A DNA stretch of 64,000 nt from Eledone cirrhosa (GCA_964016885.1 OZ024751.1:17298001-17362000); one strand, 5' to 3'; shown: positions 12,201 to 26,882, counted from the stretch's first letter. Numbers and translations: made by a program. Notes: generated by a model not told the origin, from the letters alone.

Positions 12201-15200
12201 AATAAAACAAAAGCTATTCATCACTCAATAGAATCGACAAAATATGAGCAATAAAATTAACTGGTGGATAGCTATGTCCAGAGCTAAATATATTAGAAAG
12301 ATCGAGTATCGAAAAATCGGCGCACGAGTTAACGAAAAACGAAATCCGATATGAGCGGCAGAGGGCTCAATAATTCAGATGAATCAGAGCTATAACTATC
12401 GTTAAAATACCGTCACATATAATCAACCATACGATTTTAAAAAATACGATAAAGCGAAAGGAAGATTCGGGCCAAACAGATAAAAAATATCAATAAAACA
12501 ATACGTCAATAATTTAAATGAATGTAAAATCATACCCGGACCCACTAGAAAGGTGTTAAATCTAGCTTCATGGGTTTCTGTAAATCCTTAGACAGTACTC
12601 TATCAGCTCACATATAAATATAAAAGCCTACTAGAATAAGTGGAATGGAGTTTACGTCGTCAACGAGTTTTATCCTGGCGGCAAAGGAGTCAACTAGCGG
12701 TGAAAAACGCACATGGCATTAGACAAGGGAGATGACCCCTATATCCGCGAAAATAATTCGAGTGAATGTGGAAATACACATATCGAATTAGAGTGCTCAA
12801 TAGACATGTTAAAATAAAACAAAAGCTATTCATCACTCAATAGAATCGACAAAATATGAGCAATAAAATTAACTGGTGGATAGCTATGTCCAGAGCTAAA
12901 TATATTAGAAAGATCGAGTATCGAAAAATCGGCGCACGAGTTAACGAAAAACGAAATCCGATATGAGCGGCAGAGGGCTCAATAATTCAGATGAATCAGA
13001 GCTATAACTATCGTTAAAATACCGTCACATATAGAACAAGTCTACAATCAACCATACGATTTAAAATCGATAAAGGAAGATTCGGGCCAAACAGATAAAA
13101 AATATCAATAAAACAATACGTCAATAATTTAAATGAATGTAAAATCATACCCGGACCCACTAGAAAGGTGTTAAATCTAGCTTCATGGGTTTCTGTAAAT
13201 CCTTAGACAGTACTCTATCAGCTCACATATAAATATAAAAGCCTACTAGAATAAGTGGAATGGAGTTTACGTCGTCAACGAGTTTTATCCTGGCGGCAAA
13301 GGAGTCAACTAGCGGTGAAAAACGCACATGGCATTAGACAAGGGAGATGACCCCTATATCCGCGAAAATAATTCGAGTGAATGTGGAAATACACATATCG
13401 AATTAGAGTGCTCAATAGACATGTTAAAATAAAACAAAAGCTATTCATCACTCAATAGAATCGACAAAATATGAGCAATAAAATTAACTGGTGGATAGCT
13501 ATGTCCAGAGCTAAATATATTAGAAAGATCGAGTATCGAAAAATCGGCGCACGAGTTAACGAAAAACGAAATCCGATATGAGCGGCAGAGGGCTCAATAA
13601 TTCAGATGAATCAGAGCTATAACTATCGTTAAAATACCGTCACATATAGAACAAGTCTACAATCAACCATACGATTTAAAATCGATAAAGGAAGATTCGG
13701 GCCAAACAGATAAAAAATATCAATAAAACAATACGTCAATAATTTAAATGAATGTAAAATCATACCCGGACCCACTAGAAAGGTGTTAAATCTAGCTTCA
13801 TGGGTTTCTGTAAATCCTTAGACAGTACTCTATCAGCTCACATATAAATATAAAAGCCTACTAGAATAAGTGGAATGGAGTTTACGTCGTCAACGAGTTT
13901 TATCCTGGCGGCAAAGGAGTCAACTAGCGGTGAAAAACGCACATGGCATTAGACAAGGGAGATGACCCCTATATCCGCGAAAATAATTCGAGTGAATGTG
14001 GAAATACACATATCGAATTAGAGTGCTCAATAGACATGTTAAAATAAAACAAAAGCTATTCATCACTCAATAGAATCGACAAAATATGAGCAATAAAATT
14101 AACTGGTGGATAGCTATGTCCAGAGCTAAATATATTAGAAAGATCGAGTATCGAAAAATCGGCGCACGAGTTAACGAAAAACGAAATCCGATATGAGCGG
14201 CAGAGGGCTCAATAATTCAGATGAATCAGAGCTATAACTATCGTTAAAATACCGTCACATATAGAACAAGTCTACAATCAACCATACGATTTAAAATCGA
14301 TAAAGGAAGATTCGGGCCAAACAGATAAAAAATATCAATAAAACAATACGTCAATAATTTAAATGAATGTAAAATCATACCCGGACCCACTAGAAAGGTG
14401 TTAAATCTAGCTTCATGGGTTTCTGTAAATCCTTAGACAGTACTCTATCAGCTCACATATAAATATAAAAGCCTACTAGAATAAGTGGAATGGAGTTTAC
14501 GTCGTCAACGAGTTTTATCCTGGCGGCAAAGGAGTCAACTAGCGGTGAAAAACGCACATGGCATTAGACAAGGGAGATGACCCCTATATCCGCGAAAATA
14601 ATTCGAGTGAATGTGGAAATACACATATCGAATTAGAGTGCTCAATAGACATGTTAAAATAAAACAAAAGCTATTCATCACTCAATAGAATCGACAAAAT
14701 ATGAGCAATAAAATTAACTGGTGGATAGCTATGTCCAGAGCTAAATATATTAGAAAGATCGAGTATCGAAAAATCGGCGCACGAGTTAACGAAAAACGAA
14801 ATCCGATATGAGCGGCAGAGGGCTCAATAATTCAGATGAATCAGAGCTATAACTATCGTTAAAATACCGTCACATATAGAACAAGTCTACAATCAACCAT
14901 ACGATTTAAAATCGATAAAGGAAGATTCGGGCCAAACAGATAAAAAATATCAATAAAACAATACGTCAATAATTTAAATGAATGTAAAATCATACCCGGA
15001 CCCACTAGAAAGGTGTTAAATCTAGCTTCATGGGTTTCTGTAAATCCTTAGACAGTACTCTATCAGCTCACATATAAATATAAAAGCCTACTAGAATAAG
15101 TGGAATGGAGTTTACGTCGTCAACGAGTTTTATCCTGGCGGCAAAGGAGTCAACTAGCGGTGAAAAACGCACATGGCATTAGACAAGGGAGATGACCCCT

Positions 15201-18200
15201 ATATCCGCGAAAATAATTCGAGTGAATGTGGAAATACACATATCGAATTAGAGTGCTCAATAGACATGTTAAAATAAAACAAAAGCTATTCATCACTCAA
15301 TAGAATCGACAAAATATGAGCAATAAAATTAACTGGTGGATAGCTATGTCCAGAGCTAAATATATTAGAAAGATCGAGTATCGAAAAATCGGCGCACGAG
15401 TTAACGAAAAACGAAATCCGATATGAGCGGCAGAGGGCTCAATAATTCAGATGAATCAGAGCTATAACTATCGTTAAAATACCGTCACATATAGAACAAG
15501 TCTACAATCAACCATACGATTTAAAATCGATAAAGGAAGATTCGGGCCAAACAGATAAAAAATATCAATAAAACAATACGTCAATAATTTAAATGAATGT
15601 AAAATCATACCCGGACCCACTAGAAAGGTGTTAAATCTAGCTTCATGGGTTTCTGTAAATCCTTAGACAGTACTCTATCAGCTCACATATAAATATAAAA
15701 GCCTACTAGAATAAGTGGAATGGAGTTTACGTCGTCAACGAGTTTTATCCTGGCGGCAAAGGAGTCAACTAGCGGTGAAAAACGCACATGGCATTAGACA
15801 AGGGAGATGACCCCTATATCCGCGAAAATAATTCGAGTGAATGTGGAAATACACATATCGAATTAGAGTGCTCAATAGACATGTTAAAATAAAACAAAAG
15901 CTATTCATCACTCAATAGAATCGACAAAATATGAGCAATAAAATTAACTGGTGGATAGCTATGTCCAGAGCTAAATATATTAGAAAGATCGAGTATCGAA
16001 AAATCGGCGCACGAGTTAACGAAAAACGAAATCCGATATGAGCGGCAGAGGGCTCAATAATTCAGATGAATCAGAGCTATAACTATCGTTAAAATACCGT
16101 CACATATAGAACAAGTCTACAATCAACCATACGATTTAAAATCGATAAAGGAAGATTCGGGCCAAACAGATAAAAAATATCAATAAAACAATACGTCAAT
16201 AATTTAAATGAATGTAAAATCATACCCGGACCCACTAGAAAGGTGTTAAATCTAGCTTCATGGGTTTCTGTAAATCCTTAGACAGTACTCTATCAGCTCA
16301 CATATAAATATAAAAGCCTACTAGAATAAGTGGAATGGAGTTTACGTCGTCAACGAGTTTTATCCTGGCGGCAAAGGAGTCAACTAGCGGTGAAAAACGC
16401 ACATGGCATTAGACAAGGGAGATGACCCCTATATCCGCGAAAATAATTCGAGTGAATGTGGAAATACACATATCGAATTAGAGTGCTCAATAGACATGTT
16501 AAAATAAAACAAAAGCTATTCATCACTCAATAGAATCGACAAAATATGAGCAATAAAATTAACTGGTGGATAGCTATGTCCAGAGCTAAATATATTAGAA
16601 AGATCGAGTATCGAAAAATCGGCGCACGAGTTAACGAAAAACGAAATCCGATATGAGCGGCAGAGGGCTCAATAATTCAGATGAATCAGAGCTATAACTA
16701 TCGTTAAAATACCGTCACATATAGAACAAGTCTACAATCAACCATACGATTTAAAATCGATAAAGGAAGATTCGGGCCAAACAGATAAAAAATATCAATA
16801 AAACAATACGTCAATAATTTAAATGAATGTAAAATCATACCCGGACCCACTAGAAAGGTGTTAAATCTAGCTTCATGGGTTTCTGTAAATCCTTAGACAG
16901 TACTCTATCAGCTCACATATAAATATAAAAGCCTACTAGAATAAGTGGAATGGAGTTTACGTCGTCAACGAGTTTTATCCTGGCGGCAAAGGAGTCAACT
17001 AGCGGTGAAAAACGCACATGGCATTAGACAAGGGAGATGACCCCTATATCCGCGAAAATAATTCGAGTGAATGTGGAAATACACATATCGAATTAGAGTG
17101 CTCAATAGACATGTTAAAATAAAACAAAAGCTATTCATCACACTCAATAGAATCGACAAAATATGAGCAATAAAATTAACTGGTGGATAGCTATGTCCAG
17201 AGCTAAATATATTAGAAAGATCGAGTATCGAAAAATCGGCGCACGAGTTAACGAAAAACGAAATCCGATATGAGCGGCAGAGGGCTCAATAATTCAGATG
17301 AATCAGAGCTATAACTATCGTTAAAATACCGTCACATATAGAACAAGTCTACAATCAACCATACGATTTAAAATCGATAAAGGAAGATTCGGGCCAAACA
17401 GATAAAAAATATCAATAAAACAATACGTCAATAATTTAAATGAATGTAAAATCATACCCGGACCCACTAGAAAGGTGTTAAATCTAGCTTCATGGGTTTC
17501 TGTAAATCCTTAGACAGTACTCTATCAGCTCACATATAAATATAAAAGCCTACTAGAATAAGTGGAATGGAGTTTACGTCGTCAACGAGTTTTATCCTGG
17601 CGGCAAAGGAGTCAACTAGCGGTGAAAAACGCACATGGCATTAGACAAGGGAGATGACCCCTATATCCGCGAAAATAATTCGAGTGAATGTGGAAATACA
17701 CATATCGAATTAGAGTGCTCAATAGACATGTTAAAATAAAACAAAAGCTATTCATCACTCAATAGAATCGACAAAATATGAGCAATAAAATTAACTGGTG
17801 GATAGCTATGTCCAGAGCTAAATATATTAGAAAGATCGAGTATCGAAAAATCGGCGCACGAGTTAACGAAAAACGAAATCCGATATGAGCGGCAGAGGGC
17901 TCAATAATTCAGATGAATCAGAGCTATAACTATCGTTAAAATACCGTCACATATAGAACAAGTCTACAATCAACCATACGATTTAAAATCGATAAAGGAA
18001 GATTCGGGCCAAACAGATAAAAAATATCAATAAAACAATACGTCAATAATTTAAATGAATGTAAAATCATACCCGGACCCACTAGAAAGGTGTTAAATCT
18101 AGCTTCATGGGTTTCTGTAAATCCTTAGACAGTACTCTATCAGCTCACATATAAATATAAAAGCCTACTAGAATAAGTGGAATGGAGTTTACGTCGTCAA

Positions 18201-20324
18201 CGAGTTTTATCCTGGCGGCAAAGGAGTCAACTAGCGGTGAAAAACGCACATGGCATTAGACAAGGGAGATGACCCCTATATCCGCGAAAATAATTCGAGT
18301 GAATGTGGAAATACACATATCGAATTAGAGTGCTCAATAGACATGTTAAAATAAAACAAAAGCTATTCATCACTCAATAGAATCGACAAAATATGAGCAA
18401 TAAAATTAACTGGTGGATAGCTATGTCCAGAGCTAAATATATTAGAAAGATCGAGTATCGAAAAATCGGCGCACGAGTTAACGAAAAACGAAATCCGATA
18501 TGAGCGGCAGAGGGCTCAATAATTCAGATGAATCAGAGCTATAACTATCGTTAAAATACCGTCACATATAGAACAAGTCTACAATCAACCATACGATTTA
18601 AAATCGATAAAGGAAGATTCGGGCCAAACAGATAAAAAATATCAATAAAACAATACGTCAATAATTTAAATGAATGTAAAATCATACCCGGACCCACTAG
18701 AAAGGTGTTAAATCTAGCTTCATGGGTTTCTGTAAATCCTTAGACAGTACTCTATCAGCTCACATATAAATATAAAAGCCTACTAGAATAAGTGGAATGG
18801 AGTTTACGTCGTCAACGAGTTTTATCCTGGCGGCAAAGGAGTCAACTAGCGGTGAAAAACGCACATGGCATTAGACAAGGGAGATGACCCCTATATCCGC
18901 GAAAATAATTCGAGTGAATGTGGAAATACACATATCGAATTAGAGTGCTCAATAGACATGTTAAAATAAAACAAAAGCTATTCATCACTCAATAGAATCG
19001 ACAAAATATGAGCAATAAAATTAACTGGTGGATAGCTATGTCCAGAGCTAAATATATTAGAAAGATCGAGTATCGAAAAATCGGCGCACGAGTTAACGAA
19101 AAACGAAATCCGATATGAGCGGCAGAGGGCTCAATAATTCAGATGAATCAGAGCTATAACTATCGTTAAAATACCGTCACATATAGAACAAGTCTACAAT
19201 CAACCATACGATTTAAAATCGATAAAGGAAGATTCGGGCCAAACAGATAAAAAATATCAATAAAACAATACGTCAATAATTTAAATGAATGTAAAATCAT
19301 ACCCGGACCCACTAGAAAGGTGTTAAATCTAGCTTCATGGGTTTCTGTAAATCCTTAGACAGTACTCTATCAGCTCACATATAAATATAAAAGCCTACTA
19401 GAATAAGTGGAATGGAGTTTACGTCGTCAACGAGTTTTATCCTGGCGGCAAAGGAGTCAACTAGCGGTGAAAAACGCACATGGCATTAGACAAGGGAGAT
19501 GACCCCTATATCCGCGAAAATAATTCGAGTGAATGTGGAAATACACATATCGAATTAGAGTGCTCAATAGACATGTTAAAATAAAACAAAAGCTATTCAT
19601 CACTCAATAGAATCGACAAAATATGAGCAATAAAATTAACTGGTGGATAGCTATGTCCAGAGCTAAATATATTAGAAAGATCGAGTATCGAAAAATCGGC
19701 GCACGAGTTAACGAAAAACGAAATCCGATATGAGCGGCAGAGGGCTCAATAATTCAGATGAATCAGAGCTATAACTATCGTTAAAATACCGTCACATATA
19801 GAACAAGTCTACAATCAACCATACGATTTAAAATCGATAAAGGAAGATTCGGGCCAAACAGATAAAAAATATCAATAAAACAATACGTCAATAATTTAAA
19901 TGAATGTAAAATCATACCCGGACCCACTAGAAAGGTGTTAAATCTAGCTTCATGGGTTTCTGTAAATCCTTAGACAGTACTCTATCAGCTCACATATAAA
20001 TATAAAAGCCTACTAGAATAAGTGGAATGGAGTTTACGTCGTCAACGAGTTTTATCCTGGCGGCAAAGGAGTCAACTAGCGGTGAAAAACGCACATGGCA
20101 TTAGACAAGGGAGATGACCCCTATATCCGCGAAAATAATTCGAGTGAATGTGGAAATACACATATCGAATTAGAGTGCTCAATAGACATGTTAAAATAAA
20201 ACAAAAGCTATTCATCACTCAATAGAATCGACAAAATATGAGCAATAAAATTAACTGGTGGATAGCTATGTCCAGAGCTAAATATATTAGAAAGATCGAG
20301 TATCGAAAAATCGGCGCACGAGTT
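9213..20324 (-). repeat. Tandem array of 18 x 615-bp units plus a ~45-bp partial unit; retrozyme-like (one HHR per unit)
   Basis: GAAAGATCGAG recurs at 9221, 9836, ... 20290 (11069 bp = 18x615 -3 +2). Units look identical apart from a rearranged patch at ~12420-12460 and a CA insertion at ~17140. Confidence 0.97.
9462..9596 (-). ncRNA. Type I hammerhead ribozyme candidate, first unit (repeats every ~615 bp, 18 copies)
   Basis: Minus strand: stem I ACUCG / core UUGACGA / C-GUAAA-C-UCC..~55-nt loop..GGA-UUUAC-A (stem II) / GAAA / stem III ACCCA-(UGAAG)-CUAGA..UCUAG-UGGGU / C (GUC site, predicted cut between 9467 and 9466) / CGGGU pairing with ACUCG. Confidence 0.75.
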
Positions 20325-20399
20325 ATATAATCAATCTACCTATCTTTTTCCGTTCATCACACTGACTTTCAACACAGGCACTCCGTAACCTCTATCTCA

Positions 20400-20457
<58 letters not shown>

Positions 20458-20462
<5 letters not shown>

Positions 20463-21120
20463 GAAAAAAGATGAAATCGAAAATGCAACTGGAGTCTTTT
20501 TAAAAATATTTATTTTGTTCCTTTACCGGTTTTGCACTTCTTTTCCTTTTCAACAGTAGTAGAATTGAGATGGAGGGTCTGTGGTTTTTCTCGCATCTGG
20601 TTGGTTTTCGAATGTTACTTGTTTTATATGGAAAAAAGTGGCTCGAAATGCTAGGTTTTTAGAAAAGTAATTTGGTTGATGACGTTCATGTGAATAAGTA
20701 TAATAATTTCGCGCCAGTTCGCGTTACAAAGTTCTTATTATATTTGCCATTAAAAGGTGGGGGGTTTGCACAGATTGTTTTTTTCATATATGAGTGAAAT
20801 TTGGTTGGTTGATGCAGTCACGTGAATAAGCACATCTACTTTCGCGCCAGTTTGTGTTTGAATTTCGTTTTACTTAAAAAAAGTTGCTCAAGAATGTTTC
20901 TTTTTATATATGTAATTTGATTGGTTATAAATGAAATTATGACTGTCAAGTGAACAAGTACATTGAATTTGGAGCCCGTATTTGGGAATTTTATTGTAGC
21001 CATTTAGAGAATTTTGTGCCAAACAAAAGATAATGTTCAAGAAAAAAGTGATGGGGAAAATTGTCCTGGTTCAGTGAGTATGGCTGATGTGCTGTGGTGT
21101 CAAAATTCAGACTTTCTACT
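20458..21120 (-). mobile_element. Degenerate Penelope-like terminal fragment (family shared with 27200-27700 and 43083-43445)
   Basis: Homologous to 43146-43300; decayed HHR (TTGAAAA..AAAACCGGTA on minus, ~20520-20555); internal repeats with CACGTGAATAAG..TTTCGCGCCA. Confidence 0.6.
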
Positions 21121-21573
21121 GAAATAAAGAAAGTAGAGATATGTATTTTTATTTGTATGCTGGTGTGTGTGAGTGTGTGTAGGAAGATAATTCTATTAGT
21201 AGAAATGGATGATGGAGTTATGTGTGTGTATGGGTGTTATATGTGTGTGAGAGTATGGTTAGTATGTTAAGATGGAGAGAATATATATTTTTGTGTGTGT
21301 GTGTAGGAAAATGATTCCGTTAGTAGAAATGGGGGAGCGCGTTATGTGTGTGTGTGTGTGTGGGGGGGATATAGTTAACATGTTAAGGTGTTTGAGTATT
21401 AACGTATGTTAAGGTTTATTTAGCTCTGGTTTTATTTTCGTATATAGGAGTTATGTGTGTGTGTATGTATGTGTCTGTTTGGATGGTTAGCATGTCGGAG
21501 AAGCAACTCTAGTACTAAACTTTAGTGTCGATACCACAAGGATGAAAGGCTTGCCGAGAACAGAACACACATT

Positions 21574-21755
21574 TTCTTCTTCTTCTTCTTCTTTGCTTTT
21601 TTCCTACTTTTTATTCGTCATCATCTTCATCATCTTCCTCATCATCAACATCATCTTCTTCTTCTTCTTCTTCTTCTTCTTCATCATCTTCCTCATCATC
21701 AACATCATCTTCTTCTTCTCCTTCTTCTTCTTCTTCTTCTTCTTCTTCTTCTTCT
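21574..21755. repeat. (CTT)n/(CAT)n compound microsatellite
   Basis: Direct inspection. Confidence 0.95.
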
Positions 21756-22967
21756 CATTCCCCTCTTTCTTCACCCCCCCCCCCCAATGTACCATCCTAC
21801 AATTTCTTGTTCTCTATTTATCAACAATTTTATAACCATCCTTCTTTATTTTTTCATCTATCATCCCCATCATCTTCATAATCTTTGTCTCTCTATATTC
21901 ATGAAAAACGAATTGTTTATATATTGAATGCAAATTAAAATGTGTGAATTATATTTTCTATAGAATATATTGTCTTTTTAATATTCAGAAATGTATTCTT
22001 TATTGTGTTATCTAAATTTTGTTAACTAAAAAAGCCAAGGCGCAGATGTGACAGAATAAAAAAAAAACGACAAAAATAACGAACAAAATAAAAAAAAACC
22101 TATGATTTTACTGACATTTCCTTCGCAGATATTAATTCTTATCGCAACCTCATGTGGTAAGCCGGTCTGAACTAAATGATTTTGCTCCAAGACACAACGT
22201 GTGACATGGCCCAGGAATTAACCAGCCTTTTAAATGTTTTTGGACTCCTAGTTACAGAATAGATACACACACACCTCTTATTTAGTCACAGAGACGAGAT
22301 ATTCTTTCATTCTTTTAGATATATTTATACATTTCCTAGCTTGTAGTTCCTGTTATGTATAGCCACCCCCACGACTTTACGTCCAAACACAGAGTCGCTA
22401 TATATGGTATCAGTATAAGTCAGTTTACGGGATTTGCGACAGACAGGTTCCTGTTTTTAGGGCATAACAGGCTGACAAAACCTCATTAACTGCTTTAAGG
22501 TAGGAATCAAACCCAACACTATATAATATTGTATCCAACTTAAACATCATAAATACTCGGCCATATGTCTTGCTAAAAATATCATCTTGATTATATTTAT
22601 AATTCCTATTAGCATTTAAATCAATATTATCATATTATACTGGAAACTTACGGATCGTAAGTGCTTCTGATATATTTAGATTACATTAAAACCTTTGTTA
22701 GATGGGGACGTCTGAGTTCAATCATAGTTTTAACTCTAAAAATATGTATATGAATGCATTGCCTGAAGTCTATTGATAGAGAAACATGAATGATCGCTAA
22801 CATGTTATCGGGTCAATATTTTCTGGTACATATATGTGAAGATAAGTGGAAAGAAAGTTTAGGTTGAAAATAAAAATGAAAAATATTGAAATAATGAATA
22901 ACTTTATGCATGAATAAATACAGAAACACAATATCTTGATTGGGTTTCCACAATAGGTAGAGTAGTT

Positions 22968-23130
22968 CATACATAGATACATACATACATACATGCATAC
23001 ATACATGCATACATACATACATACATACATACATACATACATGCATACATACATACATACATTCATACGTACATACATGCATACATACATACATACATAC
23101 ATACATACATACATACATACATACATACAT
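22968..23130. repeat. (CATA)n microsatellite
   Basis: Direct inspection. Confidence 0.95.
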
Positions 23131-23221
23131 AGAAAATGCATTCATATATACATACATACAGACGAATACTAATATCCGCACAAACTCATAAATGCATGTT
23201 TTACATTACATTCATACGTAC

Positions 23222-23421
23222 NNNNNNNNNNNNNNNNNNNNNNNNNNNNNNNNNNNNNNNNNNNNNNNNNNNNNNNNNNNNNNNNNNNNNNNNNNNNNNN
23301 NNNNNNNNNNNNNNNNNNNNNNNNNNNNNNNNNNNNNNNNNNNNNNNNNNNNNNNNNNNNNNNNNNNNNNNNNNNNNNNNNNNNNNNNNNNNNNNNNNNN
23401 NNNNNNNNNNNNNNNNNNNNN
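23222..23421. other. Assembly gap (200 N)
   Basis: Run of n. Confidence 1.
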
Positions 23422-23589
23422 TTTCTGACGGTTTCTGTGTAACTAATTTTCCCTCTTATTGATCAATCGAACTTTAAAATAGAATGCAATTGAAGAAACA
23501 CATTGAGATCGAACTCGGAATCACTTTGTAAAGTAAAAGTTTTAATTGCATTGTTATCCCTCTCTATAAAGAATAGAAGGGCGCTTGTT

Positions 23590-23795
23590 TGGCAGTATCG
23601 GTAGAGGCGGATTCCATGTTTTACAGCATAGAGTTACGGTCCTTTACGGTCTGAGTTCAAATCAGGCCGAGGTTAACTTTACCTTTCATCCTTACGGGAT
23701 CGATAAAATAAAGCACCAGTAACGTACAGGGATAGATTTAATCGACTTTCTCCTCCCCCTGAATTACTGGCCTTGTGGCTATACTAGAAATCATT
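23590..23795 (+). mobile_element. tRNA-derived SINE (S1)
   Basis: TTGGCAGTATCGGTAGAG..GAGTTCAAAT..CTGGCCTTGTG..TAGAAA. Confidence 0.85.
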
Positions 23796-26712
23796 ATATA
23801 AAGAATAGAAGAAAAATGTATACTTAATAGTAGGAAATATTCGAACGGGATCTCTTAGAGCAGAAATGGTGGCGGGTTTCATTCAAACGGTAGTCGCAAA
23901 AGAACCAGTTGATCCTAATCAACGAAAGGTAGTATAAAAGATGCCATACAAAAACTGTGCCTTACGATGGCAACAATAGAATTATAAAAGAAATATTTTC
24001 TTTTGTAGTAGTCTGAAATAATTCCCTGTTAAATTACTTTTATATCGAAGTAGAAGACTTAATCATATGTCAATATCTAACTTGTCCTACCTTTAGATAT
24101 CTTAATTAAATCTGATATTAATGTTGCTTTGAATAGAATATGACCACCTGCTAGTTTTAATTATGTATATATCAGGGCAGATACTTTCTTGCGAAAAAGG
24201 ATACAGAGTGAGGGGGATAAAGTGGGAAAATAGATACAGAAATAGAATTGTCTCCAGTAATGGACTTAGATTTATTTCATCTACATCGAAAGGAGGGAAG
24301 GCAAAGCTGAACTTAACGTGGGAGTGAAATCGGCGCATTAGAGAGTGAGAACAAATACCGTGAAACATTCTATCCGTGCGCTAACGTCTCCACTAATTAG
24401 TTTCATTTAATTCTAATTACAAATGTTTAAATATATCATTTTATTGAATATACGACCCACGGACAAGGTCGTTACAGTGTAGATTTTAATTTCGGGTCTT
24501 CACTCTCTGAGTTCGAATTCTACTGCTATCAAAGAAATATTTTCTTTGATAACATCCTTTCGGGTTGTTAATAATTATACTACTAATCGAGTGGGAATGG
24601 ATTGATGAAACCGTTAAAGGGTCAGGCGAGGGGCGTTGCGGCATCAGTTCCGGATTTGTGCATTCAGAGCTCAAAGCACGCATCATATCTAAAGAGATGT
24701 GATGACGTTTCTCCCAGAACATATGAGACATATGAGCGATAGATTTTATAACCCTTCCTCAACAGACTGGCCGTGACAAGCGGAAATATCCCTTAGAAAA
24801 TAATTGTAAAACTGGCGATGATCGCTTTTTGGGAAGGATCCCTTTCCTGGTTATAATTATTTCACTTTACCTACGCCGATTACTATTTCAAGAAAATCAT
24901 GAATTAGGTAAATCCCCCGACCCCACACACACATACACACACACGCGTATGCATGTACTTATGTAAAAAGTAAACAAAAATAACAAAGCAAACGACTCAA
25001 TACATTGAAGAAATATATTAATTTAACGGTTGAAATAGCATGAAGAGAGGCTTAGTATTTCGGACACTAGTCTTCCACTAGAAGATAGAAATATATGATA
25101 AATAGAAAGAAGAGCGCGCAGGGGAAGAAACCAGGAAATATTAGGAAAAATAAGGGGAGAAAAAAAACATACGTGCGTATTCAGTTAGCTATTTGGGAGA
25201 TACAAACATATGTGCGTGGAATATTTAAGAGAAACATTTTTCTGAAAATTGATCTTAAAACTTGCCGGCCTCATACACAACTTTTGATAAACCATGAAAT
25301 GAGAATTGCACATCACAATTCAAATATCTATTTGGATATGTAACACTGACAACCTTTAATCCTCTAACAGATTTGTACCGTCAAGGATAAAATATAACAA
25401 AGAATTAGTATTGGTTCTAAAGATGTATGCAACTGTATTTACTTTCCAAACCACTCCGTTATGTCTTAATCAGGTCTTATAAAATGTTTGTTCCTGACGT
25501 TTCTGCGGGAGGAATGGGATCAACAACGGCATCCTTTCTTTCATGGGTATAGAAGAAATGCTTCTGATTTATGAAAAGAAATGGAGGAATAATCCTTCGA
25601 CCGTAAGCATAACACGAATATTTGAAATAGTGACATTCGTACATATTCAAGTATAAGATGTTTAAGTTGCAAACAAAACAGATTAATTATGGTTCTCACA
25701 TCAATTCCTAATGACAAGATTTTATTCCACCCAAGAATACTTTGGTATTGTTCAATTAATAATTCAAAGTATCACTTTATCTGTTCGAGTGGATGCTGGT
25801 ATTATTAAATACTTGGTGACATATAATCTAAACAGCAACGAAACTCGCTTCGTCCCTCAGTAAAATAAGTGAGCGGTACTTAGATCAAGAACAGAATGTT
25901 TCATGAATATCGTTAGGAATTTGAAGGATCATTCAATGTAATCAGCCAGTAAATTGTATAGATGGCTACGCGATATAATGATGCTTTCATATAGTAATAA
26001 ATATTCATTGAATAAAACATTGAGCAACACTTTAATTCATAGAATTAAAATGCATTAACTACATCATTTAGTTTTCTTTACATCAAATAATGGCTTCCAT
26101 TTTAGGAACAAGGCCAGAAATTTGGAAGCAAGGGTATGTTGGTTACATCAACTCCAGTACTGAACTAATACCTTATTTTATGGAACACTGAAGGAAGAAA
26201 GGCTAAGTTGACCACGCGGGATTTGAACTCAACATAAAGAGCAGGAATAAATATAGCAAAGCTTTTTTTTCCAAAGCTCTATTCCCATCAAATAATAATC
26301 ACAGATGTCACAGAACATCAGACAACATGCGTTATTGCATAATAATATGGCCCTTTATGTTCTGAGATCAAATGGCGCCGAAGCTACCTTTTCCGTTTAT
26401 CTTGACAGGGTCTATTATCTTTACACGGTCGATTTAATCAAATTTCCACTTTCCTACAACAATTGTTGGTCTTGTATCTATATCTTGTATCGTTCTGATT
26501 GTTTACATTCGGCGTTCGAATACCATGGAGATCAACGTAACATTGCCACCTTTCTGGATCGATAACATAAGGATCCAGTTGTGTACTGAAGTCGATATGA
26601 TCGACATTGTCCCTCACAAATCGGTGAGCGTGTGTCTATTTTATACAGCTTTGTTTCATTTATACTTATATATATCTCTATATATATATATACATATATA
26701 TATAATATATAT

Positions 26713-26782
<70 letters not shown>

Positions 26783-26827
26783 AAGTTAAATAAAAAGTCA
26801 AATGTTTACAATTTAGCTTCGTTTATT

Positions 26828-26882
26828 ACTGTTATATATATTTCAGTGACAGCCATCTTTAGCTGTGACCTCTTCAGGCAGT
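26828..26882 (-). ncRNA. Minimal type I HHR in a short (TA)n-flanked element
   Basis: Minus: ACUGC CUGAAGA GGUCACAGC-UAAAGAUG-GCUGUCACU GAAAU AUAU AUA ACAGU AAUAAA. Confidence 0.75.

Noticed and set aside
9213-20324. Array as CRISPR, rDNA/snRNA cluster, Helitron tandem or endless circular ORF (615 = 205 codons)
   Set aside because: No variable spacers, no recognisable rRNA/snRNA, no convincing Helitron 3' hairpin, and the ORF track shows no ORF of 60 aa or more in the array
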